A stretch of DNA of 64,000 nt from Reclinomonas americana ATCC 50394 (Eukaryota), in NCBI GenBank assembly GCA_048213135.1, contig PS015009.1:2046001-2110000 (forward strand). Direction: 5' to 3'. The translations under genes and the position numbers were made by a program. The notes under the pieces were generated by a model. The model had not been told where the DNA came from. It saw only the letters and a list, made by a program, of their open reading frames with translations, and ran no database searches. Numbering within the stretch: the stretch's first letter is position 1; each line of letters starts with the position of its first letter. Below are positions 20,390 through 30,372 of this stretch, piece by piece.

Positions 20390-22039
20390 TTATGCAGAAC
20401 CTGTTTTATCTTTTACGATTTTATCGAGCGATTTCACCCTGCTGAAGATGAGCAGGCCGCCAAGGATAGCTGCAACGGCAATGATACCGAAGAATATCCT
20501 TTTATCTGTTATACTGTCCCATGAACTGGCCATGATACCGGCTACCTTACCGCCCAGCGAAGTGGAAATGAACCAGCCGCCCATCATTAAAGCGGTTAAG
20601 CGCTGGGGAGCAAGTTTGGATACGAATGATAAGCCTATCGGGCTTAAACAAATCTCACTTACCGTAAATACGCCGTAAGTAAGGAAGAGCCAGAAGGAAC
20701 TTGTTTTATGTGTATAAATGCTGGGTACAGACATCACGGCAAATACCATAACCAGGGCGCTTAATCCTGAAATGACCAATGCCCAGGCAAATTTACTGGC
20801 GGTGCTGACCGGCTTCCCCCTTCTCGATCGCCATGCAAAGAATAGTATCAACAGTGGTGTAAAGGCAACGATAAAGAACGGGTTAATCGATTGGAACAAT
20901 TCTGTATTGCCGACTTTGGCCACTCCGCTTGGCGGCCATTTGTCCTTAGGCATATTAACAAAATAAGGATTCGGACCCATGGTTTTTATGGCATGACCGG
21001 AATCATCGGATACCACTCTTAAATATTGATCAAGACTGTCAACTTCCTGTGATTTGGTTTCAAGTGTTTGTAAAGTATATACTGCATCGGCCGGTTTTTC
21101 CATGAATTGTGGTATAGAACGATCTGTATGTGTTTCTGCCCAGATCGTTAACCCGGTTGAGTTTTGGTTATAGATGGTCCAGAAGATCACGGAAACAGCG
21201 AATACAAATAATAATGCACCGATGCCTTTTTTATCATCCCCTTTTTCTCTTCTCCAGAGTGAAACATAAAATGCAATTACCGGAACACAGGCAAATATGA
21301 AAGCATCTGCAGAATCGCTGCCGAAAATATGTCCCGGAATGAACCAGCCGAGCACGGCAAAAACGATCATAGGTACGAACACGGTTCCAAGGATTTTGGA
21401 AGTGGGCATATCGCCTTCCTGCATAGGACGTTTTACATCATATTGCTTAACATGCTTCAACTGGATCGCGAGTGCTATCAGACCCAGTATCAAACCAACA
21501 CCTGCAGCAGAGAACGCAGCCTGCCAGCCGATCCTGTTGCGAAGTATGGCGGCTATAAAGTTGCAGAAAAAGGCGCCTATGTTGATGCCCATATAAAAGA
21601 TGTTATAGGCATTGTCTTTCAATGGCCGCAGGTCTTCCCTGTTGTACATATTGCCCAGCAGCGTAGAAATATTGGGTTTAAAAAAACCGTTGCCGATAAT
21701 GATCAGCCCCATAGCGATATAAGCGGTATAATCTCCCGGCAATGCAATGGTCAGGTAGCCGGCTGCCATGAGTGTGCCGCCGATAAAAATGGATTTGATA
21801 TAGCCGAGGTAACGATCTGCCAGCAAACCCCCGATGAAAGGCGTCAGGTAAACCAACGCGATGAAGGTTCCCACTACATCGGCACCCATTGCTCTTGGAA
21901 GTCCTCTTCCCGAGCCATCTGTCATAAACAGGAATAAGATACCCACCATCAGGTAGTACCCAAAGCGCTCCCACATTTCTGTAAAGAATAAAATATAGAG
22001 GCCTTTTGGATGTTTGCCGGTTTTTAGCTGATCATTCAT
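20390..22039 (-). CDS. POT/PTR family peptide transporter (second paralog)
   Basis: EMWERFGYY, GFFKPNIS, FQSINP, EICLSPIG; start MNDQL at 22039. Confidence 0.93.
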   Translation of the reverse strand: MNDQLKTGKHPKGLYILFFTEMWERFGYYLMVGILFLFMTDGSGRGLPRAMGADVVGTFIALVYLTPFIGGLLADRYLGYIKSIFIGGTLMAAGYLTIALPGDYTAYIAMGLIIIGNGFFKPNISTLLGNMYNREDLRPLKDNAYNIFYMGINIGAFFCNFIAAILRNRIGWQAAFSAAGVGLILGLIALAIQLKHVKQYDVKRPMQEGDMPTSKILGTVFVPMIVFAVLGWFIPGHIFGSDSADAFIFACVPVIAFYVSLWRREKGDDKKGIGALLFVFAVSVIFWTIYNQNSTGLTIWAETHTDRSIPQFMEKPADAVYTLQTLETKSQEVDSLDQYLRVVSDDSGHAIKTMGPNPYFVNMPKDKWPPSGVAKVGNTELFQSINPFFIVAFTPLLILFFAWRSRRGKPVSTASKFAWALVISGLSALVMVFAVMSVPSIYTHKTSSFWLFLTYGVFTVSEICLSPIGLSFVSKLAPQRLTALMMGGWFISTSLGGKVAGIMASSWDSITDKRIFFGIIAVAAILGGLLIFSRVKSLDKIVKDKTGSA

Positions 22040-22246
22040 ATAGCTTTTTTTATGCTTGTTTAGTTTTGGATGAAAACCCAAAATAGGCAAAATATCCATA
22101 CGTCAAACCTTTACCTGCATTCAATTTTAGAAAGAATGGTTAATTGTGACAAACACCCGGTAATGCCGCAGGTAAAAATTATCTGGAAATACCATATTAG
22201 AATTCTAATTTGCGAAACGTAAAATCAACCTCTAACTGTTCAAGTC

Positions 22247-23527
22247 ATGAATATTCTCCTCATCGGCTCGGGTGGCCGTGAACATACATTTGCCTGGAAA
22301 TTAAGGCAAAGCCCCCAATGCGACCGCCTGTTCATTGCTCCCGGTAATGCAGGAACCGCCTCGCTGGGCAGTAACCTTCCCATAGCAGTCAATGATTTTA
22401 TAGCACTTGGCGAAGCCTGTATTGCCAACCAGGTAGAGATGGTGCTCGTAGGACCGGAAGAGCCGCTGGTTAAAGGCATTTATGATCATTTCAAAAAAGA
22501 TCCCCTGCTGGCAGATATTAAAGTGATAGGACCTTCACAGGCTGCCGCACAGCTGGAAGGCAGTAAAGCATTCGCCAAAGATTTTATGACCCGGCATGGC
22601 ATACCAACCGCGGCTTACCGTGAATTCAGTGTCGATAATTATGCCGAAGGCGTGGAGTACCTCAAAGCACACCCGCTCCCGATTGTATTGAAGGCCGACG
22701 GACTGGCGGCAGGCAAGGGCGTACTCATTTGCCAGAACCACCTGGAAGCAGTAGCCGAATTTGAACTGATGCTGCACCGCGCCAAATTTGGCGAGGCAGG
22801 AAAAAAAGTAGTGGTGGAACAATTCCTCAAAGGAATAGAACTGAGTATGTTCGTATTGACCGATGGCGAGCAGTATGTATTACTTCCCGAAGCAAAAGAT
22901 TATAAGCGTATAGGCGTTGGCGATAGTGGTCTCAATACCGGCGGCATGGGAGCAGTGAGCCCGCTGCCATTCGCAGATGAAGCATTCATCAATAAAGTGA
23001 AGGCCCGCATCATTGAACCTACCATCGCCGGTTTGAAAAAAGATCGGCTTGAATACAAGGGCTTCGTATTTATCGGCCTGATGGCTGATGAGGGTGAACC
23101 TTTCGTGATTGAGTACAATTGCCGCATGGGCGATCCTGAAACGGAAGCCGTTATGCCGCGTATAAAAAATGACCTGGTGGAATTGCTTGATGCAACATCA
23201 CGTCAACGGTTACACGAAATTTCAATTGAAACAGATGAGCGTGCAGTGGCAGCTGTTATGGCCGTGAGTGGCGGTTACCCCGGTGACTATGAAAAAGGAA
23301 AAGTGATCAGCGGAATGGATGATGTGCAGATTGAAGGAAGTATTATTTTTCACGCGGGAACAAAAACAGATGGCGATAATATTGTGACCAATGGCGGAAG
23401 GGTGATTGCAGTAACTTCTTTTGGTGAAAATATTACAGAAGCGGTGGAACAATCCATCTATGCATTGGAACAAATACATTTCGAAGGCATCTATTTCCGC
23501 AGCGACATCGGGTACGAATTTAAATAG
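22247..23527 (+). CDS. purD: Phosphoribosylamine--glycine ligase
   Basis: GSGGREH, LEGSKAFAK, KADGLAAGKGV, GLNTGGMG, EYNCRMGDPE. Confidence 0.98.
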   Translation: MNILLIGSGGREHTFAWKLRQSPQCDRLFIAPGNAGTASLGSNLPIAVNDFIALGEACIANQVEMVLVGPEEPLVKGIYDHFKKDPLLADIKVIGPSQAAAQLEGSKAFAKDFMTRHGIPTAAYREFSVDNYAEGVEYLKAHPLPIVLKADGLAAGKGVLICQNHLEAVAEFELMLHRAKFGEAGKKVVVEQFLKGIELSMFVLTDGEQYVLLPEAKDYKRIGVGDSGLNTGGMGAVSPLPFADEAFINKVKARIIEPTIAGLKKDRLEYKGFVFIGLMADEGEPFVIEYNCRMGDPETEAVMPRIKNDLVELLDATSRQRLHEISIETDERAVAAVMAVSGGYPGDYEKGKVISGMDDVQIEGSIIFHAGTKTDGDNIVTNGGRVIAVTSFGENITEAVEQSIYALEQIHFEGIYFRSDIGYEFK

Positions 23528-23790
23528 CGTCTACCCGTCATAGTTATTGGTGTTTTTATTCTTTTTTCGACTAACGGAAAAGAATAAAGGCATTTTGTAC
23601 AGGCTTTCCCCGGCCACGGGGCGAGCTAAATTATTTAGCAATTCCGGCCAATTCTTCCCCAAAACAGCAATTCCGGCTCCCGGGACAAAAACCCTAAAAT
23701 GTTGAAAAATAAAGGGTTTGCCGTTGTTAATTCGGATATTTTCCTCCAACTTTGCCAACATTAATTCAAATACTTTTCACATCTGTTTAT

Positions 23791-24816
23791 ATGGGCCTCT
23801 TTAATTTTTTTACACAGGAAATTGCTATAGACCTGGGTACCGCAAATACCCTGATCATACATAATGAAGAAATTGTGGTGAACGAACCATCAATTGTGGC
23901 GCTTGACCGGAACAATCCCAAGAATATCCTTGCCGTAGGTAAGAAGGCGCTGATGATGCACGAAAAGACCCACGAAAGCATACGTACCGTCCGCCCCCTG
24001 AAAGACGGGGTAATCGCGGATTTTAACGCGGCGGAGCTGATGATCAGGGAGATGATCAAACTGATCTACCCCAAAAAGCCCCTTTTCGCTCCCAGCTGGC
24101 GTATGATGATCTGTATCCCCAGCAGCATTACCGAGGTGGAAAAGCGTGCGGTTCGCGATAGTGCCGAACAGGCCGGTGCCAAGGAAGTATACCTCATTCA
24201 CGAACCTATGGCCGCGGCCCTGGGTATTGGCATCGACGTGGAAGAACCCGTTGGTAATATGATCATTGACATTGGTGGCGGTACTACCGGCATCACGGTG
24301 ATTGCCCTGGCGGGTATCGTTTGCGACCAGAGTATCCGTATCGCCGGGGATGAGTTTACGGCTGATATTATGGAAGCCCTGCGCCGCTACCATAGCCTGC
24401 TGATCGGTGAACGTACCGCGGAACAGATCAAAATACAGGTAGGCGCCGCTATGAAAGACCTGGATAATCCGCCGGATGACATCCCCGTTAACGGTCGTGA
24501 CCTGGTAACAGGTATCCCCAAACAGGTTATGGTAAGCTACCAGGAGGTGGCCGAAGCCCTGGATAAAAGCATTTTCAAAATAGAGGAAGCCATTCTTAAA
24601 GCCCTGGAAACCACTCCTCCCGAACTGGCTTCCGATATTTACCGCCGCGGCCTCTACATTACAGGTGGCGGAGCCCTCCTGCGCGGGCTCGATAAACGAC
24701 TGCAGGCCAAGATCAAATTGCCGGTACATGTGGCCGACGACCCGCTGAAAAGCGTTGTACGCGGTACTGGTATTGCCCTGAAACATTACGACAGGTATCC
24801 TTTTGTAATGCGGTAA
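23791..24816 (+). CDS. mreB: Rod shape-determining protein MreB
   Basis: IDLGTANT, EPMAAALG, DIGGGTT, TGGGALL. Confidence 0.97.
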   Translation: MGLFNFFTQEIAIDLGTANTLIIHNEEIVVNEPSIVALDRNNPKNILAVGKKALMMHEKTHESIRTVRPLKDGVIADFNAAELMIREMIKLIYPKKPLFAPSWRMMICIPSSITEVEKRAVRDSAEQAGAKEVYLIHEPMAAALGIGIDVEEPVGNMIIDIGGGTTGITVIALAGIVCDQSIRIAGDEFTADIMEALRRYHSLLIGERTAEQIKIQVGAAMKDLDNPPDDIPVNGRDLVTGIPKQVMVSYQEVAEALDKSIFKIEEAILKALETTPPELASDIYRRGLYITGGGALLRGLDKRLQAKIKLPVHVADDPLKSVVRGTGIALKHYDRYPFVMR

Positions 24817-24883
24817 TATGGTACAACTTACCGGCTTGCCCGGTCTGGAACACCCTTGGTTTCATTTCTTGTAACTCATTATT

Positions 24884-25741
24884 GTGCGTAATATCTTTCT
24901 GTTTGTTCGCCGGTATATCAATTTCATCTGCTTCCTCCTGTTGCAGGGATTTTGTATCTACCTGGTCGTCCATTACAGCAGGTACCACAACGCCATGTTC
25001 AGCAGTACCGCCAACCAGTTCACCGGGAAGATCAACGAACAGTACAACCGGGTGGAGTATTATTTCCAGCTGAAAAAGACCAACGATTCCCTGGTAAAAG
25101 CCAATGCCAGGCTCTACAATAAATTAAAGGCCGATTTCAACCTGCCCGACAGCGCTGTCCGCACCATTGTAGACAGTATCCGGATAGACTCACTCCTGAG
25201 CCGGAGAAGGTATACCTATATCCCGGCCAAAGTGATCGCCAACTCCGTATCTGCCCAGAACAACTTCCTCGTGATCAGGAAAGACGGAACATATCCCCTT
25301 CGTATTGGCATGGGTGTAATAGACGTCAACAACGGGGTGGTAGGCATCATTACCGATATAAGCAGTGATTATGCCGTAGTAATGAGCCTGTTGCATAAAG
25401 ACAGTAAACAGAGTGGCATGCTGTTCCGCGGCGAACGTACCGGCCAGGTGACCTGGGACGGGAAGGAGCCCAACAGGCTTACTTTCTCGGGGATACCCAA
25501 AGGTACCAAAGTGGCCAAAGGCGACTCCATCATTTCCAGCGGCTACCTGCCCAGCTTCCCCAAAGGCATGCTGATGGGGACGGTACTTGATGTAGTGCAG
25601 GAGACCAGTACCAATAATGTGACTATTCATTTCCAGTCGGCGGCCAATTTCTACAATATAGAATATGTGTACGTGATCGATAACAGCGAACAGGAAGAGA
25701 TCAATAAATTACTTGAAAAAGCTAAAAAACAAACCCAGTAA
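24884..25741 (+). CDS. mreC: Rod shape-determining protein MreC
   Basis: N-terminal TM, coiled coil, GVVG, SG..FPKG; synteny. Confidence 0.92.
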   Translation: MRNIFLFVRRYINFICFLLLQGFCIYLVVHYSRYHNAMFSSTANQFTGKINEQYNRVEYYFQLKKTNDSLVKANARLYNKLKADFNLPDSAVRTIVDSIRIDSLLSRRRYTYIPAKVIANSVSAQNNFLVIRKDGTYPLRIGMGVIDVNNGVVGIITDISSDYAVVMSLLHKDSKQSGMLFRGERTGQVTWDGKEPNRLTFSGIPKGTKVAKGDSIISSGYLPSFPKGMLMGTVLDVVQETSTNNVTIHFQSAANFYNIEYVYVIDNSEQEEINKLLEKAKKQTQ

Positions 25742-25753
25742 GTCAGTTACGGA

Positions 25754-26287
25754 ATGAGCACCCTGGTTAAAAATATTATCCGCTTTGCTTTCTTCATCCT
25801 GGTACAGGTTTTTGTACTGGACAGGATCCACCTGCACCAGATGGTAACACCGTATATCTATTTCCTGTTTATCATCTGGATGCCTTTCCGTATGAGCCGT
25901 ACCTGGCAGATGGTGATCGCCTTCGCCCTTGGATTCACATTGGATAGTTTCCGTCATCACCCGGGTTTCCACGCGGCAGCCTGTGTTATGATCGCCTATA
26001 TACGTCCGTGGCTGGTCAGCATCTTCATTCCCCAGGAGGGATCTGATGTAAGCTACGACGAACCTTCCGTTAAGAGCCTGGGCGGTATGCTGCCCTATTT
26101 CATTTTTTGCGGGGTGCTTACTTTCATACACCATGCGTGGTTATTCCTGCTCGAGGCCTGGCAGTTCAGTAATATCTGGTACTTCCTGGTCAAAACTTTA
26201 TTATCGACTGTTGTAAGTTTGCTGCTGATAATGATCACGGAACTGTTGTTTGTGCGCAAGCAAAAATTCCGGACCAACACGGTGTAG
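25754..26287 (+). CDS. mreD: Rod shape-determining protein MreD
   Basis: Polytopic membrane protein between mreC and mrdA; PG.HAAAC motif. Confidence 0.88.
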   Translation: MSTLVKNIIRFAFFILVQVFVLDRIHLHQMVTPYIYFLFIIWMPFRMSRTWQMVIAFALGFTLDSFRHHPGFHAAACVMIAYIRPWLVSIFIPQEGSDVSYDEPSVKSLGGMLPYFIFCGVLTFIHHAWLFLLEAWQFSNIWYFLVKTLLSTVVSLLLIMITELLFVRKQKFRTNTV

Positions 26288-26295
26288 GCCAACTG

Positions 26296-26323
26296 TAATT
26301 CATAATTTATCATTCTTAATTCC
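26296..26323. repeat. Heptamer tandem array (TAATTCR class), single arm
   Basis: TAATTCA TAATTTA TCATTCT TAATTCC fills most of the mreD-mrdA gap. Confidence 0.6.
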
Positions 26324-26330
26324 CTGTAAG

Positions 26331-28466
26331 GTGTCTGTCTTCAATCAGTCCCGGAAAAATGTGGTGATGCTGGTGTTTGCCGGCATGTTCGTCATCATTG
26401 TGATGCAACTGGCCAACCTCCAGTTATTTTCATCCAAGTATAAACTGATGGCCGATGACCAGGGCAAGTTCAGGAAAGTGATCTACCCCGACAGGGGTAT
26501 TGTCTTCGACCGGAAAGGGAGGATCATGTTGCAGAATACCACCATCTACGACCTCATCGTGGTACCCAACAAGATCAGGGGCATGGACACCTCCATGTTA
26601 TGCAGTATCCTGGGTATGGATGCCGAATCATTCCATAAAAAAATAATAGAACTCACGATCAAAAATACCGGGGCACGGCCTTCCACTTTCGAATCCCTGT
26701 TGTCGGAAGCAAAAATGGCCAGGTATAATGAATCTATGTACCGCATGGCCCCCGCCTTCTACCTGCAGGAACGCTCTGTAAGAAGTTATCCTTATGACGC
26801 CGCGGCCAATGTGCTGGGCTATACCGCCGAAGTGGATACCAACTTTTTGAAAAAGCACCGCGAGGAAGGGTATGTCGCGGGTGATTATGCCGGTATGACG
26901 GGTATTGAAAGAAGCTACGAACGGGTGCTGATGGGCGAAAGAGGTATCGAATACTGGAAACGCGACAAAATGAACAGGCTTACCGAAAGACTGGAGAAAG
27001 GAAGATTTGATACGACACCGGTAGCCGGGCAAAACCTGCATACCGCTATCGACATCGAATTGCAGGAACTGGGCGAAAAACTGATGCAGAACAAACTGGG
27101 TTCCATCGTGGCCATTGATCCCAAAACCGGGGGTATACTCGCTATGGTAAGTGCGCCCACCTACCAGCCTAAATTCCTCACCGGAAGTGAAAGAAGAAAA
27201 CACTTTTCCGAATTGTACCTCAATCCCGCGCTGCCCCTGCTTAACCGTACGGTGAGCGCTACCTATTCGCCGGGCTCTACGTTCAAAACGCTGCAGGCAC
27301 TTGTTGGTTTGCACGAAGGTGTTATCGACCCCACTTTCCGGGTGTCCTGCTCCGGCGCTTTCTATGGTTGCGGTTCAGGCAAACCCATGCGTTGTCTCGA
27401 TTACGGTACATTCGACCTGCGTAACGCCATTACGGTTTCCGACAACACCTACTTCGCTACTGTAATGCAACGGGTGATCAATAATCCAAAATACCCCAAC
27501 ATCGACAGCAGCCTGGCTACCTGGGACCGCTACATGTACGCATTTGGGTTAGGTCATAAACTGGGTGTGGATGTTCCATCGGAAAAAAGAGGCAATATCC
27601 CCACACCGGCCTATTACAACAAATCATTCGGTGCCGGCAGGTGGAACTATTGCAGCTTCCGTTCGGTGAGTATCGGCCAGGGTGAGGTAGACGTAACGCC
27701 CCTGCAGGTGGCCAATGAAATGGCTTACATTGCCAATAAAGGATGGTACATTACCCCGCACGTGGTTGACTCTATTGAAGGCGGTGATAAATATGAACTG
27801 CTCAAGCCTTATCAGCACCGCAACAGCGCTATCGATATCCCCGACAGTATTTTTGAGATCGTACACGACGGTATGCAGGGGGTGGTGGAACGTGGTACCG
27901 GTGGCGGCGCCAAAGTGCCGGGTATTACCATTTGCGGTAAAACAGGTACCGTGGAAAACTACTACCGTGGCGTGAAACAGCAGAACCACTCTTTCTTCTG
28001 CGCCTTTGCACCACGTGAGAATCCCAAGATCGCGATCATGTGTGTGGTGGAGAACAGCGGCCGGTTCGGCGGTACCTACGCGGCACCTATTGTGGGGCTG
28101 ATGATCGAGAAATACCTGAAAGATTCCATCACCGATAAAGGAAGGGTAGCCCGGGTGGAACAATTATCGAAACTTAACCTGATGCCGCCGCGTATCTTTG
28201 CCGAACTGCGGAAACAGGATTCCATACGACATTCCAAAGATTCTGCGTACCTGATCGCGAAGGGATATATCAAGATCATTAAAGACACGCTGGAAATTGA
28301 GGATGAGCCTGAGGCCGACGCGGCTAATGTGAAAATGACACCCGCCCAGCTGAAAGCCGACGCGGAACAAAAAAAGAAGGATTCTTTACTGAGGATAAAA
28401 AAAGCGGAAGCCATACTTCCCGACGAAAAAAAGAAACCTTCATCCAAAGACACAGTAAGCAACTAA
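26331..28466 (+). CDS. mrdA: Penicillin-binding protein 2
   Basis: GSTFK (SxxK), SDN, KTG; GTG start at 26331. Confidence 0.95.
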   Translation: MSVFNQSRKNVVMLVFAGMFVIIVMQLANLQLFSSKYKLMADDQGKFRKVIYPDRGIVFDRKGRIMLQNTTIYDLIVVPNKIRGMDTSMLCSILGMDAESFHKKIIELTIKNTGARPSTFESLLSEAKMARYNESMYRMAPAFYLQERSVRSYPYDAAANVLGYTAEVDTNFLKKHREEGYVAGDYAGMTGIERSYERVLMGERGIEYWKRDKMNRLTERLEKGRFDTTPVAGQNLHTAIDIELQELGEKLMQNKLGSIVAIDPKTGGILAMVSAPTYQPKFLTGSERRKHFSELYLNPALPLLNRTVSATYSPGSTFKTLQALVGLHEGVIDPTFRVSCSGAFYGCGSGKPMRCLDYGTFDLRNAITVSDNTYFATVMQRVINNPKYPNIDSSLATWDRYMYAFGLGHKLGVDVPSEKRGNIPTPAYYNKSFGAGRWNYCSFRSVSIGQGEVDVTPLQVANEMAYIANKGWYITPHVVDSIEGGDKYELLKPYQHRNSAIDIPDSIFEIVHDGMQGVVERGTGGGAKVPGITICGKTGTVENYYRGVKQQNHSFFCAFAPRENPKIAIMCVVENSGRFGGTYAAPIVGLMIEKYLKDSITDKGRVARVEQLSKLNLMPPRIFAELRKQDSIRHSKDSAYLIAKGYIKIIKDTLEIEDEPEADAANVKMTPAQLKADAEQKKKDSLLRIKKAEAILPDEKKKPSSKDTVSN

Positions 28467-28491
28467 AAAACAACGGAGAGAAATAAAGCAG

Positions 28492-29838
28492 ATGTACCAG
28501 AAAAACCCGGCCATAGGAAAAGGTATTGATTGGTTAATGGTGTTCTTTTACGGCATCCTCGTGATCATTGGCCTCATTTGTATTTTCTCCGTGGAATACA
28601 AGAGTACAGACAATGTGATGCAAACCCTGACGGGTTTTAAAAAGAATTACAGCAAACAACTTTTCTATTTCGGCGCATGCTGTCTGCTGGCCATATTTAT
28701 TTTACTTACCGACAGTAAATTGTTTACCGCTACTGCCAACCTTTCTTACCTGGTAGGGATATTACTCATACTCGCTACCTTTGTGCTGGGCAAAGAGATC
28801 AAGGGTTCCAAAAGCTGGATACCGCTCGGTTTCATGAACCTGCAACCGGTAGAGCTATGTAAAATATTTACCGCCCTGGCGTTGTCGAAATACCTTTCCA
28901 TGCAGGAAACGGATTTCCGCAAACCCAAATCACAACTCATTGCCGCCGCGCTGGCTTTCACTCCCGCTGCGTTTTCCATATTGCAGGGCGAGACCGGGCT
29001 GGCGCTGGTGTATTTCTCCTTCCTTATACCCATGTACCGCGAAGGATTGCCGGGAGGTTATCTTGTATTGGGGGTTTGTATGGCGGCGTTACTCGTAGTG
29101 TCGTTACTGTTCACAGCCAAAACGCTCATCATCGCTTTTTCGGCCATCATGCTGTTTTGTCTTTATTATTTCCGCCGGCAGATCCGCCGCAACAGCCGGC
29201 TGCTGGTACTCATCCTGGGCATATGGGGTTTTTGCAGTGCCTTCGTTGGCTTTGGTATACCTTTCTTCTTTAAGCATGTATTGAAACCTTACCAGGCTGA
29301 TCGTATCTTCAGCATGGTGGGTGTTGATAATCCTTTTGCCGATAAAACCGTGGTGCTGGATGAGGCTGCGCTGAAGGAGAAAGAAAAAAAATCAAAGCAG
29401 CAGGATTACAACGTAAAACAATCCAAGATCGCCATAGGCTCAGGCGGCTTTGCAGGAAAGGGATTCCTGAAAGGAACACAAACGCAGGGCGACTTTGTTC
29501 CGGAACAGCACACCGATTTTATTTTTACTTCCGTAGGCGAAAACTTCGGCTTCCTGGGCACAACTGCCGTTATGCTGCTCTACCTCTGTTTCCTGCTGCG
29601 CATCGTCGTCATCGCCGAACGGCAGCGAAGTACTTTCAGCCGTGTATATGCGTATTCGGTAGCCGGCATACTCTTCTTTCACGTTTCGGTGAATATATGT
29701 GTAACCATTGGCCTGGCCCCGGTAATCGGGATTACTTTACCACTTATGAGTTACGGCGGATCTTCCCTGCTCACCTTTACCATATTGTTCTTTATCCTCA
29801 TCAAGCTGGATGCTGATCGGCAGATGGTACTTCGTTAA
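28492..29838 (+). CDS. rodA: Rod shape-determining protein RodA (SEDS)
   Basis: QPVELCK, QSKIAIGSGG, PEQHTDFIF, LPLMSYGGSS. Confidence 0.96.
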   Translation: MYQKNPAIGKGIDWLMVFFYGILVIIGLICIFSVEYKSTDNVMQTLTGFKKNYSKQLFYFGACCLLAIFILLTDSKLFTATANLSYLVGILLILATFVLGKEIKGSKSWIPLGFMNLQPVELCKIFTALALSKYLSMQETDFRKPKSQLIAAALAFTPAAFSILQGETGLALVYFSFLIPMYREGLPGGYLVLGVCMAALLVVSLLFTAKTLIIAFSAIMLFCLYYFRRQIRRNSRLLVLILGIWGFCSAFVGFGIPFFFKHVLKPYQADRIFSMVGVDNPFADKTVVLDEAALKEKEKKSKQQDYNVKQSKIAIGSGGFAGKGFLKGTQTQGDFVPEQHTDFIFTSVGENFGFLGTTAVMLLYLCFLLRIVVIAERQRSTFSRVYAYSVAGILFFHVSVNICVTIGLAPVIGITLPLMSYGGSSLLTFTILFFILIKLDADRQMVLR

Positions 29839-29840
29839 TC

Positions 29841-29865
29841 AATTACGAATTCCAAATTACGAATC
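29841..29865 (+). repeat. Left arm of perfect 25-bp inverted repeat
   Basis: AATTACGAATTCCAAATTACGAATC, exact reverse complement of 30331-30355. Confidence 0.95.
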
Positions 29866-29963
29866 GTGAGGGTTTTAGTCGGGGAGAAAATGACACTATT
29901 TAAAGAGGGAAAAACGTTTGCTGTAAATTTTAACGCACTTAAATTACTGCCATAATCATTGTT

Positions 29964-30332
29964 ATGAAGCAGGAAAATGTGATCGTTGAAAAGAGTTATG
30001 CTTTTGCTATACGGATTATAAAACTGTATCAGTATTTATGTACCCAGAGGAGAGAGTTCGTATTGAGCAAACAAATACTGCGTTCAGGTACTTCGATAGG
30101 AGCAAATGTAGAAGAAGCTATTGGTGGACAGACAACAAAGGATTTTTTCATGAAGCTGACCATTGCGTATAAAGAAGCGAGAAAAACACTTTACTGGATA
30201 AGGTTATTGACCGATACGGGCTATATTACTCCGGCTGAAAGCAAAAGCATTTTGGGTGATGCAGATGAAATCCTTAGAATTTTAGGGTCTATCCAGAAAA
30301 CAACACGAAATTTGCACCTGAAAAATTCGTGA
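29964..30332 (+). CDS. Four-helix-bundle protein (23S rRNA IVP / bAvd-like family)
   Basis: 'KSYAFA.RI..LY', 'LSKQILRSGTSIGANVEEA', 'KDF..KL.IA.KEA..T.YW..LL' family motifs. Confidence 0.92.
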   Translation: MKQENVIVEKSYAFAIRIIKLYQYLCTQRREFVLSKQILRSGTSIGANVEEAIGGQTTKDFFMKLTIAYKEARKTLYWIRLLTDTGYITPAESKSILGDADEILRILGSIQKTTRNLHLKNS

Positions 30333-30355
30333 TTCGTAATTTGGAATTCGTAATT
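30331..30355 (-). repeat. Right arm of perfect 25-bp inverted repeat (heptamer array extends about 30323-30362)
   Basis: GATTCGTAATTTGGAATTCGTAATT; overlaps the TGA of the four-helix-bundle gene. Confidence 0.95.
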
Positions 30356-30372
30356 CGTAATTTGCATTCATA

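Noticed and set aside
29964-30332. Diversity-generating retroelement (because of the Avd-like fold)
   Set aside because: No reverse transcriptase and no TR/VR repeat pair differing at adenines is visible in the window.
29841-30355. Classical IS element or MITE
   Set aside because: The ORF has no transposase motifs, no target-site duplication flanks the IR, and the IR is itself a tandem array.
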